64,000 nt of DNA, taken from the NCBI GenBank assembly GCA_038087875.1, contig CM075995.1:1118001-1182000 (forward strand), written 5' to 3'. The notes under the pieces are model-generated. The model saw only the letters and a program-made list of their open reading frames with translations, had not been told where the DNA came from and searched no databases. The DNA is from Malacoraja senta (taxonomy: Eukaryota). This document shows, one piece after another, positions 13,071 through 27,510 of this stretch. Each line of letters begins with the position of its first letter. Position 1 is the stretch's first letter. A program made the position numbers and the translations under genes.

Positions 13071-14299
13071 ATACGTTATTGGATGGTTTCAAGTTGATAG
13101 TTCAAGAATTTGCCTTTGCTGCTGAAAGTAATGTTACTTTCTGAATGCGGCATTGAGTTAGAAATAGATTAGTCTGAAGATCATTTATTTCCATCTGTGG
13201 TAAAAAATCATCTGAAATTATTGCCACAACACATTGTTTTCTCACCAAAGATTACCAGGATCAGCAGTTAATAAGGGTGGTTAATAAGGGTGACTGAAAG
13301 ATGTATTTATTTGCATGTCCCTGCATTGCAGATAAAGTATCACATTTCACTTTCAAAATGTTTTGAATATTTAAGGTAAAATGAGATATCATTTGTTTAC
13401 CACAGGATCCTTTAAGCACTGCCGTTGTGAAAATAATAAACAGGACTACACAGAAAATTGAAGGCAATGCATCGGGACTGCAAAAGTAGGGTCAGCCTTC
13501 CTTTGTCCAGAGATCAGTCCACCTGCCTTTGGGCTATGCTATTTCCCCCATTGTCCCCTTGATATACCAGAAGCCTGACATTCAGCACCTCAGCATAGCA
13601 GAGTTAAGCAAAGAGGCTGTCTCAGCAAAAGTAGTCGGCTCCAATCATATAGACATATGTTGAAGCCCCATCCTACAATTCATTGCTGTCAAAGTTATCT
13701 CTGTGATAATGTCCTTTGACATTCACAAACTAGGAAACTCATTTGAAACCATAATGGGATTTAGTAGAATTGCTTAATAGGATTTGTATCGTCCCTTGTA
13801 TACTAAAGAGGGAAGATTGACTGCAGCTGAATTTTAGACCACTTAGACCACTCAAATATTCCTACAACAGTCAAGACGAATATCTGCTTCCTCCATACAT
13901 TTTCACATTTTGCAAACCTTATGTCATCTAGGACAAAACTGAATGAGACTTGAAATTAGGAACCAGCTGGGCTGTTTTCTCAGGACAATATTTTTCTTGA
14001 CTGTAATAATCAAAGCAGGACCAAATAGTCAAAAAAAAAACCTCATAAAATTACTCTGATTCAGGACATGTGATTAATTTGTGGGAGTTTTGTTGCACCC
14101 ATGGCTAATGGGTAAATGGCTGTATTTTGGAGTGCATGTGATAGCATAATAGTTAATTATCCTAAGCCTAAATAGGATTTTGCAGAGCAGATAATATATT
14201 GAGTTAAATCTACTTTGCAGGATTGTCTACAGATATTTTTTGTAGCAAAAATGGTTACTGTCAGTTGATTTTAATTCCATGAACACTTGAAATACATTA

Positions 14300-14765
14300 T
14301 TACAGAGCCATAGAGCAGAGACACAGGTCCTTCAGCCAACCATGCTGGGTATCAAGCACCTCTATTATTCATACTTTCTAGTGCATGGACTGAACCTTTC
14401 TATACCATGGGATTTCAAGTGCTCACTTAAATAATTCTTAAATGCTATGAGAGACACTGCCTTCACTGTCCCCGCAGGCGATATGTTTCAGATTTCAAAT
14501 AATCTCTGGCTGAAATAAAATCTTGAAATCCCCTACCACTTAAACACATATCCTCTGGTTTTAGACACAAACTAAGGATAAATGTTTTTGACTATATATC
14601 CTATCAGTGCCACTCATAATTTTGCATATCTCACTCATGGCCCCTCTCAGTTATCTCCAATCCAAGGAAAACAAATCCACCCGTCTAGTCTCTCCTGATA
14701 ACTGAAATGCTCCAATACGGGCAACATCCTGGTGAATTGCCCCTGCACTCTCTCCAATACACTCT
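14300..14765 (-). mobile_element. Old CR1/HER1-like 3' fragment
   Basis: Degenerate cacaggtccttcagcc...ggcaacatcctggtgaattg...ctctcca resembles CR1 ORF2 end and 3' UTR; ORF 14651-14836 is a remnant. Confidence 0.55.
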
Positions 14766-16196
14766 GATGTTGAAGAGTAATTACAATTGGGTATCGGATT
14801 TATCTTAATATCTAATAAGCTGTGAATAATGATCATTTTGCTTACTTATTTCAACTGTAACAGCATGTCATAAATTATAAAGGGGAAGGTAGCAGTTGTT
14901 TTATTGGTTCATGCAACCCCCACATAGTTCTTTATTATCATGAGTGCACAGCACAGTGAAATTATTTTACACAACCCATAAATTCAGTCGCCATATTTTG
15001 GCACAGTTTACATAGAAAATGTCCAAAGTTCGGTCCACATGTTGGAAGTGCTGGAACGCCCCTGATCCAGGTAAGCCCTGGACTACTACAGGCTTGTGAC
15101 CCGACGTTCCTCTCTATGCCTGACCACCTATTATGTCCCAGGAGTGCATCCTGCAGCTGACCTTGATGGCGCTAGATGCAATGCCCCTTTGTCCCTCTCC
15201 TGCCCACTCGTCACGTCCGTCGTCGCAGTGGCTTCCTCCTCAACTCTCCAGTCTTAGGGACTACAAAGCTTCCCCCTGTGGGCAGCAGCCCACCAGGCCC
15301 TTCTACGCAGTGGCAAACCAGGCCCGCTGATGCACCTGGTCTTCGTTCTCGGCAGCCGCCTGGTCCGTCCTTGTTTTTGTACGGCTCCGCAGCACCTCGC
15401 GAGAGCTTTCTTACATTACAGCTATCGGGGCAATCAAAATTCACCCTTGTAGAATTCACAAATCACCACCCAAATATTTGAGACACAAATTCACTTTCAT
15501 GGGGTTTATATCAGGGAAACAAAAATAAATCAACTTTTTTTTTATCAACTTGCGTTTCTTGATGCTTGCACATATGATGCAGCTTTGTGCAAGAGTTGAT
15601 TGTGGTATCGTCTATTTCACAGGAAAGTGACCTGCGTTGAGTTGCCTGCGATGTAACAATGATACTCATCCAGCTTAATAACAGCTTCGTCATCTGCACA
15701 TCGGTGATCCATTTTTTGACACATTTTCCAAAAGTATTCAAACATTAATGTATTTGGTACTGGGATTGGACATGAAGAATTTTAATGTAATGTGGCAGAT
15801 CTTCCGCATTATCTTTATGATTCATATCATTTGATTCGTTCTACCCACTTACAATGTACCAGAAAGCTTTGTATTTATATAACGCGGTTCAGGTACCTCT
15901 CAGACTATTCCACAGCAATTTACAGCTAATTAAGTACTTTATTTTGAAGTCTGGTCACAGTTGTATTCTAGGACACAATAGGCAGCTCGTTCATAGCAGG
16001 CATCCACTAAGAGTATTGTGGCAGCCAGAAATGATCATTCAGATTGATACATTAAAAATATTAATTATCCTTTTATTTTTGATATTCATAATTTCTCAAA
16101 AATATTCCACAAACTTTGCTTCAAATTCTGAATTCCCTGATGATTTGTGGCTTCCCAAACACCTTCCACTTCCACATGACAATCTCAATAACCAGT

Positions 16197-17175
16197 AGAA
16201 ATGTGGGGGAGGGTTGAGGGGGTGGTTGTGGGGGAGGGTTGTGGGGGCGGGGGGGGGGGGGGTTGTGGAGGTGGTTTTGGGGGCGAGGGGGTGTTGTGGG
16301 GGTGGGGGAGTGTGTGTGGGCGGGGGGAGAGGGGTGTTTTGGCGGGGTGGGGAGTGAGCTCGGAGAAAAGACGGGAAGAGTCATTGGGGAGAGGGCATCA
16401 CGGGGGAGGGGAAGAGAGGGGGACTAGAGGGGTAGTGGCTGGAATTGGCGGTGCAATGGGGCTCACAGAGGGCGCTGGTTGCTGGTCGTTCTCCGCTGGG
16501 AACAGAGTCTCCGCTTTCCGTTTGGCGACATCTCCGACTCTGGGCTGGGTCTCCGACTCTGGGCTGGATCTCTGACGCTGGGCTGGGTCTCCGACTCTGG
16601 GCTGGGTCTCCGACTCTGGGCTGGGTCTCCGACTCTGGGCTGGGTCTCCGACTCTGGGCTGGGTCTCCGACTCTGGGCTGGGTCCCCGACTCTGGGCTGG
16701 GTCTCCGACTCTGGGCTGGGTCTCCGACTCTGGGCTGGGCTGGGTCTCTGACTCTGGGCTGGGCTGGGTCTCCGACTCAGGGCTGGGTCTCTGACGCTGG
16801 GCTGGGCTGGGTCGGGTCTCTGACGCTGGGCTGCTTCGGGTCCCTCCGAAAATCGTGTCCGGTCGGAAACCTCAGCTCCAGTAAAGACGCGATGGCGCAG
16901 GAAGGGGTGGACCGTGACAGGGGAAGAGACGAATCCACACAGCACTGACTGGCAGGAGAAGAGATCGATCTGTGCAAGCGCAGTTTTAGAGATTTTTAAA
17001 CCTCGCTAACTTTTACGACATTCGACCGATCGGAACGAAACTTGGTACACTCGCAGCACAGGAGAACGGTGAGTGAACTGCCGAAAATCGTAGCGCTATC
17101 GCGAACCGTTTTTGCGCAAATAGAAAGACCGCCAAACTGAAAGATAACAAGATCAGAGTTTTAGTCATGTATAGA
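16197..17175 (-). mobile_element. Non-autonomous Helitron (5' end intact, 3' end not found) carrying a 19-bp minisatellite and G-rich tract
   Basis: Minus strand begins A|TCtatacatgactaaaactctgatcttg..aaacggttcgcgatagcgc, homologous to the 5' end of the 7050 Helitron. Confidence 0.7.
16530..16832. repeat. 19-bp minisatellite (ctccgactctgggctgggt)n
   Basis: Directly visible tandem array with degenerate units at the right end. Confidence 0.95.
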
Positions 17176-18049
17176 TAATTTCCATTCTAATGAAATGAAG
17201 AGCTCCACTTCTCAATTTTATCTCCAAAACCGAACGTCCTATCCCTGATTAGATCGTGATGTTTTCACATTTCATTCCTTAGATTGTTTCTATATCCTTT
17301 CCCCTGTGACATACTTGCAATGTTCAGTGTGGGCTCCAACAAGAGCAAGCTCTATCTTTTTCCCAAAAATAGATCAGGGCTCGAAATTAGCGGTTACCCA
17401 AAGTGCCGCCGGGCAACCTAAACGCCGAGTCATTTTGCCTGGTTTGGCACTGCAGATACTGGTTCATACCGAAGATAGACACAAAAAACTGGAGTAACTC
17501 AGCGGGTCAGGCAGCATCTCTGGAGAAAAGGAACGTGACGTTTTGTGTCCGCGACGGCTGTAGTGCGGGGCAAAGATACCATGTGCGGGGTGACGAAGGG
17601 TCGGAGCGAATGACGGGCCCCGCACTGCAGCAGCAGCGGCCGCGACAGCGCCTCCTGCTCCTCCCGCACCCCGCCCGCCCTGATAGCGGCCGCTGCTTTC
17701 AAATCCGCTAACGGCGATAACCACTTTCAAAACAAACCCTCTCGCACGCCGAGGGAGGGAGGGGGAGGCCTCCTTCCACCGTCTGAAGCAGCTGCACCAA
17801 AGATCCTATAGCTATAGGATCTTTGAGCTGCACCGCTCAGCCCCGCACCTTGCTGTTGGCTGGCGGAGGAGGGGAGGCGGTGGCGAGGAGATCCCAACCG
17901 CCTCCCCCTTTGGCGGTGGACAGGGACGGCCAAGGCAGCAGGGCGATGTTGTCCGAGGAGCGCTGACCATCCTTCCTCCCCACCTCGCCCCCTCTCTCTC
18001 TCTCTCTTGTACGCCCCCCCTCCACCCCTCTTATCCTGAGACCCCTCCT

Positions 18050-18575
18050 CTCCATCCCGCACTGATCCCCATTCCCGCCTCTATTCAGTCCTCACTGACA
18101 TCCCCTGTGCTCCCCTCCCCATCTACCCCCCATCCCCCCAATCTATTCATCCTGCTCTGATCACCCTATTCACTTCGCATTGATTCTCCTGCCATCCCCC
18201 ATCCATCCTACACTGGTCCCCCAATTCATCCTGTACTGACCCCCATTCATCCTGCACTGCTCCCCCATCCATCCTGTACTAATCCCCCATCCATCCTGTA
18301 CTGCTCCCCCCCATTCATCCTGTACTGATCCACCCTCCATTTATCCTGCACCGATCCCCCACATCCGTCCTGTAGTGATCTCCCCATTCATCTTTTACTG
18401 ACCCCACCATTCATCCTGTACTGATTCCCTCATTCATCCTGTACTGATCCCCTCATTCATCCTGTACCGATCCCCCATTCATCCAGTACTGATCCCCTCA
18501 TTCATCCTGTACTGATCCCCCATTTATCTTTTACTGATCCTCCCATTCATCCTGTACTGATCCCCCCCATTCAAC
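18050..18575. repeat. Degenerate ~21-23-bp C-rich minisatellite (ccccattcatcctgtactgat)n
   Basis: Directly visible tandem units. Confidence 0.9.
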
Positions 18576-19227
18576 ACCACTGACATCCCCCGTGCTCTCC
18601 CCTCACAATTTTACATACTCCAACCAACACGTACTAATTCACCTGCCTCAATCTATCCATTCCGCACCGATTGCCTTCTCAACACCCCCCCCCCCCCCCT
18701 CCCGCCATCTATACACCCTGCACTGATTCACACAACCTCCCTCCCTGACCCTATTGTGCTGGAAATGTCTTCAGAGCGAACATTGAATATGTTTGATAAT
18801 GGAATGCAATCAAATGTGTTTTAATTCCCCATGTTATTATTTGTTTTAGTCCATAAAGATGGATTAATTAAATTGTGAACAAGTGAAACATTAAAACCGC
18901 AGTGTTCGATTGTCACTGCTACTGTTGACACGTTATTACAGAATTCATTTTAACGGCAAATCAATGCTCTTAATATGGAGTATCAGTACTGTAGTTATTT
19001 AATGAGCAACAATCACAACTATACATTGGATTTATCCAGGTTTTACTTCTACAGTCGGTCATATACATCACAAATTTGGTCAGGAGATATTTCAGTTGAA
19101 ATTTTAACGTTAATTCTGAAGTGGGAATGATGGAAACAGCGTTTATCAATAATTTTTTTTAAAATCTGGTGTGTACAAACTAGGTATCTTCATTGCTGTT
19201 CACAACACGTACATCTAATCTGAATCA

Positions 19228-19990
19228 AGTATCAAGTATCCTTTATTGTCATCCAGACCTCAGTCTGAACGAAACTTCGTGCCTTGCACAGAACAAAACA
19301 ACAAAAACACACAATAAACACAGATTTCACATCCACCACAGTGAGTCCACGAGGCACCTCCTCACTGTGATGGAAGGCAAAAGTCTTAAAGTCCTTGTCT
19401 CTTCCCTCCTTGTTCTCCCTCTGCGCTGAGGCGATCCAGGCTTCGGATGTTGTGACCCAGCCGGGTGATGGTAGTTAGTCAGTCCCGCGGCTGAATCCGA
19501 GCTCCGCGAACGGGCCGGTTCAAACACCGCGGCCCGGGGCGGTCGAAGCTGCCGCCCTCCAGTCCAGCGGACGAAGCTCTTGTTGCGGGAGCTCCGGAAA
19601 AACAGGTCACCAACCTGTGACCTGCGAGCTCCCGACGATGTCGTCCACTGGGCCCGCGGCCGAGCCTCCGAGGCTCCGAAGTCGGGTCGTCGTCGCCGGA
19701 ACGCCGCCGCATCCCCGAAGTCAGGTCGCCGCTGCCGGAAAGCCGCCACGGCCCCGAAGTCGGGTCGCCGCCGCTGGAACGCCACCACAGCCCCGAAGTC
19801 GAGTCGCCGCCTCTGGAACGCCGCCACAGCCCCGAAGTCGGGTCACCGCCGCCGGAACGCCGCCACGGCCCCGAAGTCGGGTCGCCGCCGCTGGAACGCC
19901 GCCACAGCCCCGAAGTCGGGTCACCGCCGCCGGAACGCCACCACAGCCCCGAAGTCGGCCAGCCTCCCGTTGGTAAGTCCTGGCTGGCTC
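19228..19990 (-). mobile_element. GC-rich non-autonomous retroposon with LINE-type tail and 39-bp tandem repeat
   Basis: Minus-strand tail atgacaataaaggatacttgatactt; 39-bp units (ccccgaagtcgggtcgccgccgctggaacgccaccacag) at ~19672-19957; related segment at 49774-50121. Confidence 0.55.
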
Positions 19991-21552
19991 TGGATCCGGA
20001 AGTGGCGGCGCTGCCCTAGCAGCTGTGGCTCACCTGCAGCCCGTCTGTTTTTTCTTTTTGTTGTTGTTTTCTTTTGTCCTGTTTTAGTTAATTTTAGTTT
20101 ATTAGGTTGTGTATGTGGGGGGGGGGGTGGGAGAAACATGTTTTTGGTCTCTTCCTTCGGTGGGATGCAACCTTTTCTTGTCGTATCCCCCGTCTCCGTC
20201 TCCGTCTGCGCTGAGGCCTAATGGTGGAGCTGTCCGGTAATGTCGAGTAATGTGGCGATTTGACACCTTTAAACATATTACCAAAAGAACATTTGCTGCA
20301 GTTATGACCTTTGGCCATCTCTTGTCAGTTAGTGTAATGTTTAACCTGTCAGATGGGTATAGTCGGTTTTAACAGGTATTATCATAAAATGCCGTTCGAA
20401 ATTTCCATGCAACCTGTATATTTTGTTATGGATAAATTATGTGGGAAGCGAGAGTGTTTCTGTGCCAATGGCAATAACGACCCATGCTATGGCCATGTCA
20501 TGGTAATTTTCGGTCCTTCACAGAAAACATGCTTGCATCAATCCGTAGTGTGCATGGTTAAGCATATATGTTACCATGGTCCAAGATTTATTGACACAGG
20601 TTGATCATACGCTGAATAACCCAACCACATTTTTGTTTGGAAGTGGAAAGAAATAATAGAAATTGCATTCATTGCAATGTGTAAAAAGAGTTGAGATACA
20701 GTATTATAATTTTGCTGCATGTCATTATGGTATATATCATGTCTTGATTGGTGAATATGTTTAGTTTGTGACTTTATTTGAAGCAGAAATAATATGTGAA
20801 TTCTGGTAACTACGCACTTCATCCAAGCACATTATCGCACGCGTCATGCAAACCGTCTTAAATGACCACCTAAACTGTCATTTGGCAACCTTAAAAAGCT
20901 GCCTAGTTTGCCTGGCTGGCAACAGGGAAATAAAGTTAAGTGAGAGCCCTGTAGATACAAAATGCTGGAGGAACTCCGTGTCCGGGAGCATCACTGGAGA
21001 ACATGGATAGGTGACATTTCGGGGGTGAACTTCTTCAGACCTTTTCTCTTATAATCCTTTTTAACCTTCTAACCGTATCTCCTTGTTGTGGTCTGTAGAT
21101 GCAAAACTAAGGTTCTCTTTTTCTCTGTGGCCTTATATATGATCTAAACATTTGGTTTTGTTCGAGCTAATTGATGATGGCAAAATATTGGCCAGCATAC
21201 ATGGAAAACAGAAGTAAAAAGAGAAAGTGCTGGAACTACTAAACAGATCGGGTATCTTCCACGGAGAGAAAAACAGAGTTATGTTTTCCAGTGCATATCC
21301 TTTCAGCAGAAATTTAGAACCAGCCAAGTCTGTTCTTTGTATGGTAGGGTGGAATCTACTCCAAAGGAGCAGGAACAACAGCTTTTAGTTTAAACCAAAG
21401 AGTGTCACCTATGTCTCTGCAGCAATCCCTCAATATATTGGAGTATCTTCCTAAACCAAATGCTGTTATCAATATCAGTTGTCCTGGAAAAGATGAATAG
21501 TAACACTATGCAGAAATAATTTAACGGCTGGTGTGATAACTTCATAATATAG

Positions 21553-21915
<363 letters not shown>

Positions 21916-24900
21916 TATATTAACTGGCCTAACAATAAATAAGAGTAACTGTATTATCTGTGAAAATGATTTGCATAATTCTAATTTATTGCTATCCTGG
22001 ACTGTGGTTCCACAGAGTTTTAGTAAATATTATGATTTTATTTAACAAAAATGGGCAAAAGATGCTGAAACATGTTTGTGGCACCAGTCTTTTTAGGCAA
22101 AACTTTGTGACTTCATGCAAAAATTTTGATTTCCATTGTAAATTCCCATCTCTGAAAGGGTTGGGTTTTTTGCTTTTCTAAGCACATCCCTCCCCCCCTC
22201 CTACTCCCCAAACAAATATTCGAGGTACAATGTCCTTTTTATGATATGTTCCTCTTGACACTCTGTAGTACACAGTTACTGTGGTAATGTTTGTTTGATG
22301 GAAATCAAGCTGTCAATGATAATTGTTGTACTGCTTTTTTGATGGGCGAGAAGGATTGGTCTTGTGAATTTTAAATTACTGATATGTATAATTTAAAGTT
22401 TCATACTAAACAGTTCATCTTCACTTTAAGCTATAAAGATGGGAGACATTAAGCAATAGTTGATTGCTTCAACTTTATATGTTACCACACTGATTCAAAA
22501 AATATGGATAGATGTAGGTAAGAATACAATATTGAGAATGTTGTGTGCTTGTAAAACAATATATGGGGTTTGAATTCTATTTATTATGTGCCACTCTATT
22601 GCTATTACTAAACTCATTTTATGGAATGATGCCAAACCAAATGTCATATACACTATAGTTGCTGATTTTTGCAATATATACATGTCTTCTTCCTTAGGAC
22701 AGTATCTGGAGACATCATTGACATCTTTACTTTGCTCCTGTGTGATTTTTAAATGTTATTTTTTTTGGCCTTTAATAAGGAGTGTATTAATACTGCCACT
22801 GTCTTATTTGTTTGCTAATTTTGAAGTTTATTAGATAAAAATTACCTTCCTCAAGATGCTAAAAACAATGTGGTTAGAAACAATAACAACACTTGAGTAG
22901 ATGATGAACAGCAAACAAATAACACTGCAGCATTGGCTTTTGGATCTTCAAAAAATAATTTGTTTGACATGCCAAAATAAATGAGAAAAACTGGTGCTTT
23001 TTTCACATTGTATAATATTTGCCATTACCTCTGTAATTTTGTTTAACATAAGCTGCTCAGTGTCCATGACCAATTTTGTATCTAACTTTTTTACACATAT
23101 GTTAAAAGGTACCGTAATCATGTTTTGATAAAATCTTGTAAGATCCTTAATTTTATTCTAAAATGGATTCATTTGCCATAACCTTTTGGAAAATGAACCT
23201 GTATTATTCCTTTTTGTCCAACGGTAGATAAACTATTAAAATCCGAGACCTGGGCTGTAAACAAGATAAATGCTTGAAGAGGTGAGATTTGAATGAATGT
23301 CTCACATTCCTTTAATTTGTTAGATTTTGAATGTTTTCAGTCTTTGAGGCGATGGCTCAGAAACTTAAAGGGTGAGGTCAGTTAGTTAATTAAAATAGTT
23401 CTGCACTGGCCATTGTGGAATGCCTTTATTTCTGTTTTTATGCTTCAATAATGATTTTTTTCTGTTATGGAGTACCAAAGTTAATGGTCAGTGATTGTCT
23501 CCCTTCACTCCTGCTCCTCTGCCCAACATGCATTAATGTTCCATTGGACAAAATTCCTCTAATTTGTAAAAAATAACCTGGCTGTAGGTCTAGTGCAATT
23601 ATGTACATTGCAATCGTGTGTGCGTGCGTGTGTGTGTGCACGCGCATGTCTGTGACATGCAAACATATTGGCTTTGTGTTAATTTTGGCAGATTGAATGT
23701 GTTGCATTGATATGTATCTGTGTAATTGATTTGTAAGTCATATAGCTAATTCACATTTTTGAATAACATTTACCTTTTTAAGAGGTAAATGTAATTTTTT
23801 GCCAGTTTCTTTCACAGCTACAGATTTGAAATGTCATTTTGAAAGTAAAGATAATAATCATACAGTGTGGTCTGATCAATATACATCACAAAAAAATTCT
23901 GATCAAATAGTTCATTTTTATAAAGTCTCTCCTTTCCCGGAAAGTTTATCCAAATGTCTCACCCATGAAATGGACAAAACTAGCTACACCATTTCTTCTC
24001 TTCAGTGTGAAAGAAAATAATGTACTGTGGAGAAATCTTTTGAAATTAGAAAGTGTTTTAAAAATCAAGTTGTATTTTAGGGAATATCATTTATGATCCA
24101 TGTATCTGTAGTTTTTTCTGATAGGTCACAGTTCATATTGTACTGAATGTATAAATTACCGGTAAATACATCTCAAATTTATGTTTCATGCCTTATGAAA
24201 GTGGCGTTAAGAACTTTGTGCCTCAAAATGGGAGTTTCAGAGAGAAAATGACCTTTTGACTTTGCTGATATATATGTGCTGTATTGGGTGTTAAATTTGA
24301 ATGTTAGATGACAGCTCTTAATCTACTGGTAATGCTCCAGGGGGACCAATGCAGTGTTGCTAATTCCTATGAAAAGATCAAGTTATTTTATATCATCAAT
24401 ATGAAGTAGAATAAAATCAAGCAATTAATTATCATTTGCTAATTAATATCATTAATTGCAAATGGATAAATGAAGTTAGGTACTCTGTATATAAAACAAT
24501 GAAGATGGTCAGCTGCATGGTTTACTTTTGAAATACCCTCAACTTTTTTTTATTCAAGCAAAATGTAAAACATTTGGCATTCATTTGGCATACCAATAAC
24601 TTCCATTTATATTGTTTCACCATTACTCTTGTCAATTGGTCTTTCTAGAATTTCAGCATGTTGGCACTTCTTGGAGAAATGTTTAAAATAATTTAAATAT
24701 TTTAATTAAAAATTGAGTGGTATTGTTGTTGGTCATTCGATTTGTTAACTTAAGATAGACCTAAATTGCACTGGATAGTGAAATACAGTGTGATCCTGAT
24801 TAGTTTATTCTAGTGCTAACATTTTTCAAGTGCCAATGTGGTGAAAGCTCTGGTGGGACATATATTTACTTCATGCTAGATAATCTTAACCTGCAATGTT

Positions 24901-25300
24901 TAAAAGCATAGCTGGTCTTTTTAAATTGTCATTTAAATGCATGCTTTGTCATTGTTTGAGGAAGAGAAATAACTTTTGGAAAAATCTAATGTCGTATATT
25001 CATGTCCCAAATTATCTTGCTGGTTACAAATATAGTATTTTTTGGCCATAATTTTGTACTGGTTTCGTTTGATGCCTCCAAATAGTAATTTTCATCTGCC
25101 CTTTTTATGATGCTGTACTTGGAATTAATTTTTATTCCAATAATTTTAGACTGCATATAAATTCATTTTTCTGAGTTGAAAATTATCCATATGACTTTCT
25201 TATGAAAAAAATTCAACAGTACCAATGTAGTTGCACAAAACAAACTTACTTGTCCCTTGTCATTGATTGTATGTTCAATAAAATAGATACATTAAATTTT
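21916..25300 (+). other. GNAQ: Putative long GNAQ 3' UTR
   Basis: AU-rich, free of recognisable TEs, ending near AATAAA 25277-25282; the true end is inferred. Confidence 0.55.
25277..25282 (+). terminator. Candidate distal polyadenylation signal AATAAA
   Basis: ttgtatgttcAATAAAatagatacattaaatttt, at the end of the UTR-like block. Confidence 0.45.
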
Positions 25301-27510
25301 TAGGGTTTCACATGATCATTCTGAGAATAGCAATTGATGAATTATTGCTATCAAAATCAACCCTTTAAGGTTTCAAATTTTCAAGAAAAAAAGGTCTGTG
25401 CATCACACGAAAAACAAATGTGAAGGCAAAAAATTCACTTCTTGTGGTAAATAGTTTACATTCATCTCAACTAGTCTGTGCATCCCATTATTTGTAATTA
25501 TTTGCAGTCCGCATTTGACAATCTTTGCAATTAGCAGGGACGTTTTAGAGAATGGTTATAAAAATCTTGTGTGATCTTGTACTTTATAGATAGAGGATAA
25601 AATACAGAAGCCCAAAATTGGGTTGGCAATATCTGGAGTATTGGATGAGTGACTTCAGTAATGTCAATAGATTGGAAAACTGGTTGTGCTCCTTGGTAAA
25701 GGAAACAAAGGAAAACTGAGAGGCATTTGAAATTCCAAGAACAGATGGAAATAAACAGCTGGCAGCAGGCCACTTAATTAAAATTATGACAACAATTGGA
25801 AAAATGGCACAAGGAGAAAAACAAACTTTTTACACATTGAATAGTTAGGGTCTGAAATGTATTGCCAGGAGGAAAAGTGAGGCAGCTCGGTTTTGATCAT
25901 GGTGTTCAAGAAGGAACAGTATGTAATTGAAATAAAATAAATGCAGAGTTATCTGGAGGAGCTAATTTGATCACTGCTTAGATCCAGCATAGGCTTAATG
26001 GGCAAAGGCCTCAATCCTTAAATCCATAGTGATTCTGTGCTCCAAAATTTGCTGCTGATCTCTGACAAAAGAACATGCCTTGTGCAGTTTCCCGACAAGA
26101 GCTGTTGGTTTGAGAGGCATTGGCCTGAGTTTCAGTTGCGAGGTAATGCAACTATATTGTAATTATATCACAAGGGGACAGGCCTTTTCCCTCAGCTGGA
26201 AAAGAATTGAAAGCTGGCTAAGCCATTCCCCCTTGGATCAGCAAGCTATCAAAAGTTTTGAAGATCTTTGAATGTCTGTCATTCAGAAATTCTCATGCAT
26301 AAAAACAATTCAGGTTTTTAAAAAGCAGAATCATTTCAATAAATTCAGGTTATTAAAACAATCCAACAATTCTAATTATTGCATTAGTCCCTCACAGCAA
26401 CTTCCCTCCATTGAAACTAATGGCACCAGGTCAAAAATATTTCCAGCTCTTCGGCAAATGGAGCTGTTTATGGCTGCACTATGTGATGCCTTTAAATCGT
26501 ATAAGGTCTTGTTGATGTGTAGATTTTTCAAGCTTTTCAAAGTAACTAGTGGTGAATCTTTACACTGTCCGTCTTTAATTGCCTCTTGAACTTACTAGGT
26601 CATTTTCTGAGTGCATTATGATTCAACCACGTTGGTATTTCTGGAAAGGCATTCAAGCCTGAATGAGTAAGCAGATTTCATTCCCTGAAGAATATGAGCG
26701 ATCTAGGTTTTTAATAACATTCCAATGATTTTGTGGTCACCATTACTGATAATTCTCCTAGATATTTGTTTTAAATTGCACATTATGCTACATAAATCCT
26801 ATGATGTGAACATTACTTCCCTGGCACAATATGATTTCATTTCATTTCTGTGGATTCATGATCCATACCCTATCTCTGCCTTAAAAATATCCATTGACTT
26901 GCCACTTCTGTGGCAAAGGAATTCCACAGATTCACCACACTCTTGCTAAGGGCTTGCAAACATGCCCTTGTCTATACATGGAATTGATTGAACTGAAGGG
27001 ATTTGTCAGCATTAATTAAAATATACTTAAATGTTATTTGTCCTGATGGGACAAAGGGAATATTAAATATATACTATTTGCCATAAAGAAAAGTATGCAG
27101 AGTACAGACTGCAATCTCAGTGTGAGACGTGAATGTGTTATCACCAGGTATGGATCAGCATTGGGTCAAATCTGAAGGATATATGTGGCAGTTTAGGATG
27201 TACTAAATGGCAGAAGAATGCACGTGTGTAAAATCTACTTTACTTCACTCGTTACAATTTTAGCCTGGCTGTGCCTTTGGCAGTTCGTTACAATATTGGA
27301 AGGAGAGAATGACAAACTGCCCTTATGAGACTGTACTTGTTGGTATCGGATCCATTACCAGCAAAATTGTATTCTGCAATCTCATCAGGCATATCCGATG
27401 TACCTCCGCCAATAAACTAGGTATCAATCACTGGTTCAATGTGGAGTTTCAAAAAAAAAAAAAGTCAGGAACAACATCACGTGTCACTACAGAATGCAAT
27501 ACTTTGCAAA

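Larger units (their letters stand above)
17375..20951. mobile_element. Composite non-autonomous TIR transposon with 5-bp TSD (hAT5-like)
   Basis: tagat|cagggctcgaaattagc ... gttaagtgagagccctg|tagat; subterminal ggcaacc motifs near both ends; no transposase ORF seen. Confidence 0.65.

Noticed and set aside
16121..16977. Gly/Pro-rich and repeat ORFs
   Set aside because: Arise from a G-rich tract and the 19-bp minisatellite inside a Helitron.
19327..20221. Repetitive ORFs of up to 213 aa on both strands
   Set aside because: By-product of a GC-rich 39-bp repeat lacking stop codons; no domain or splice support.
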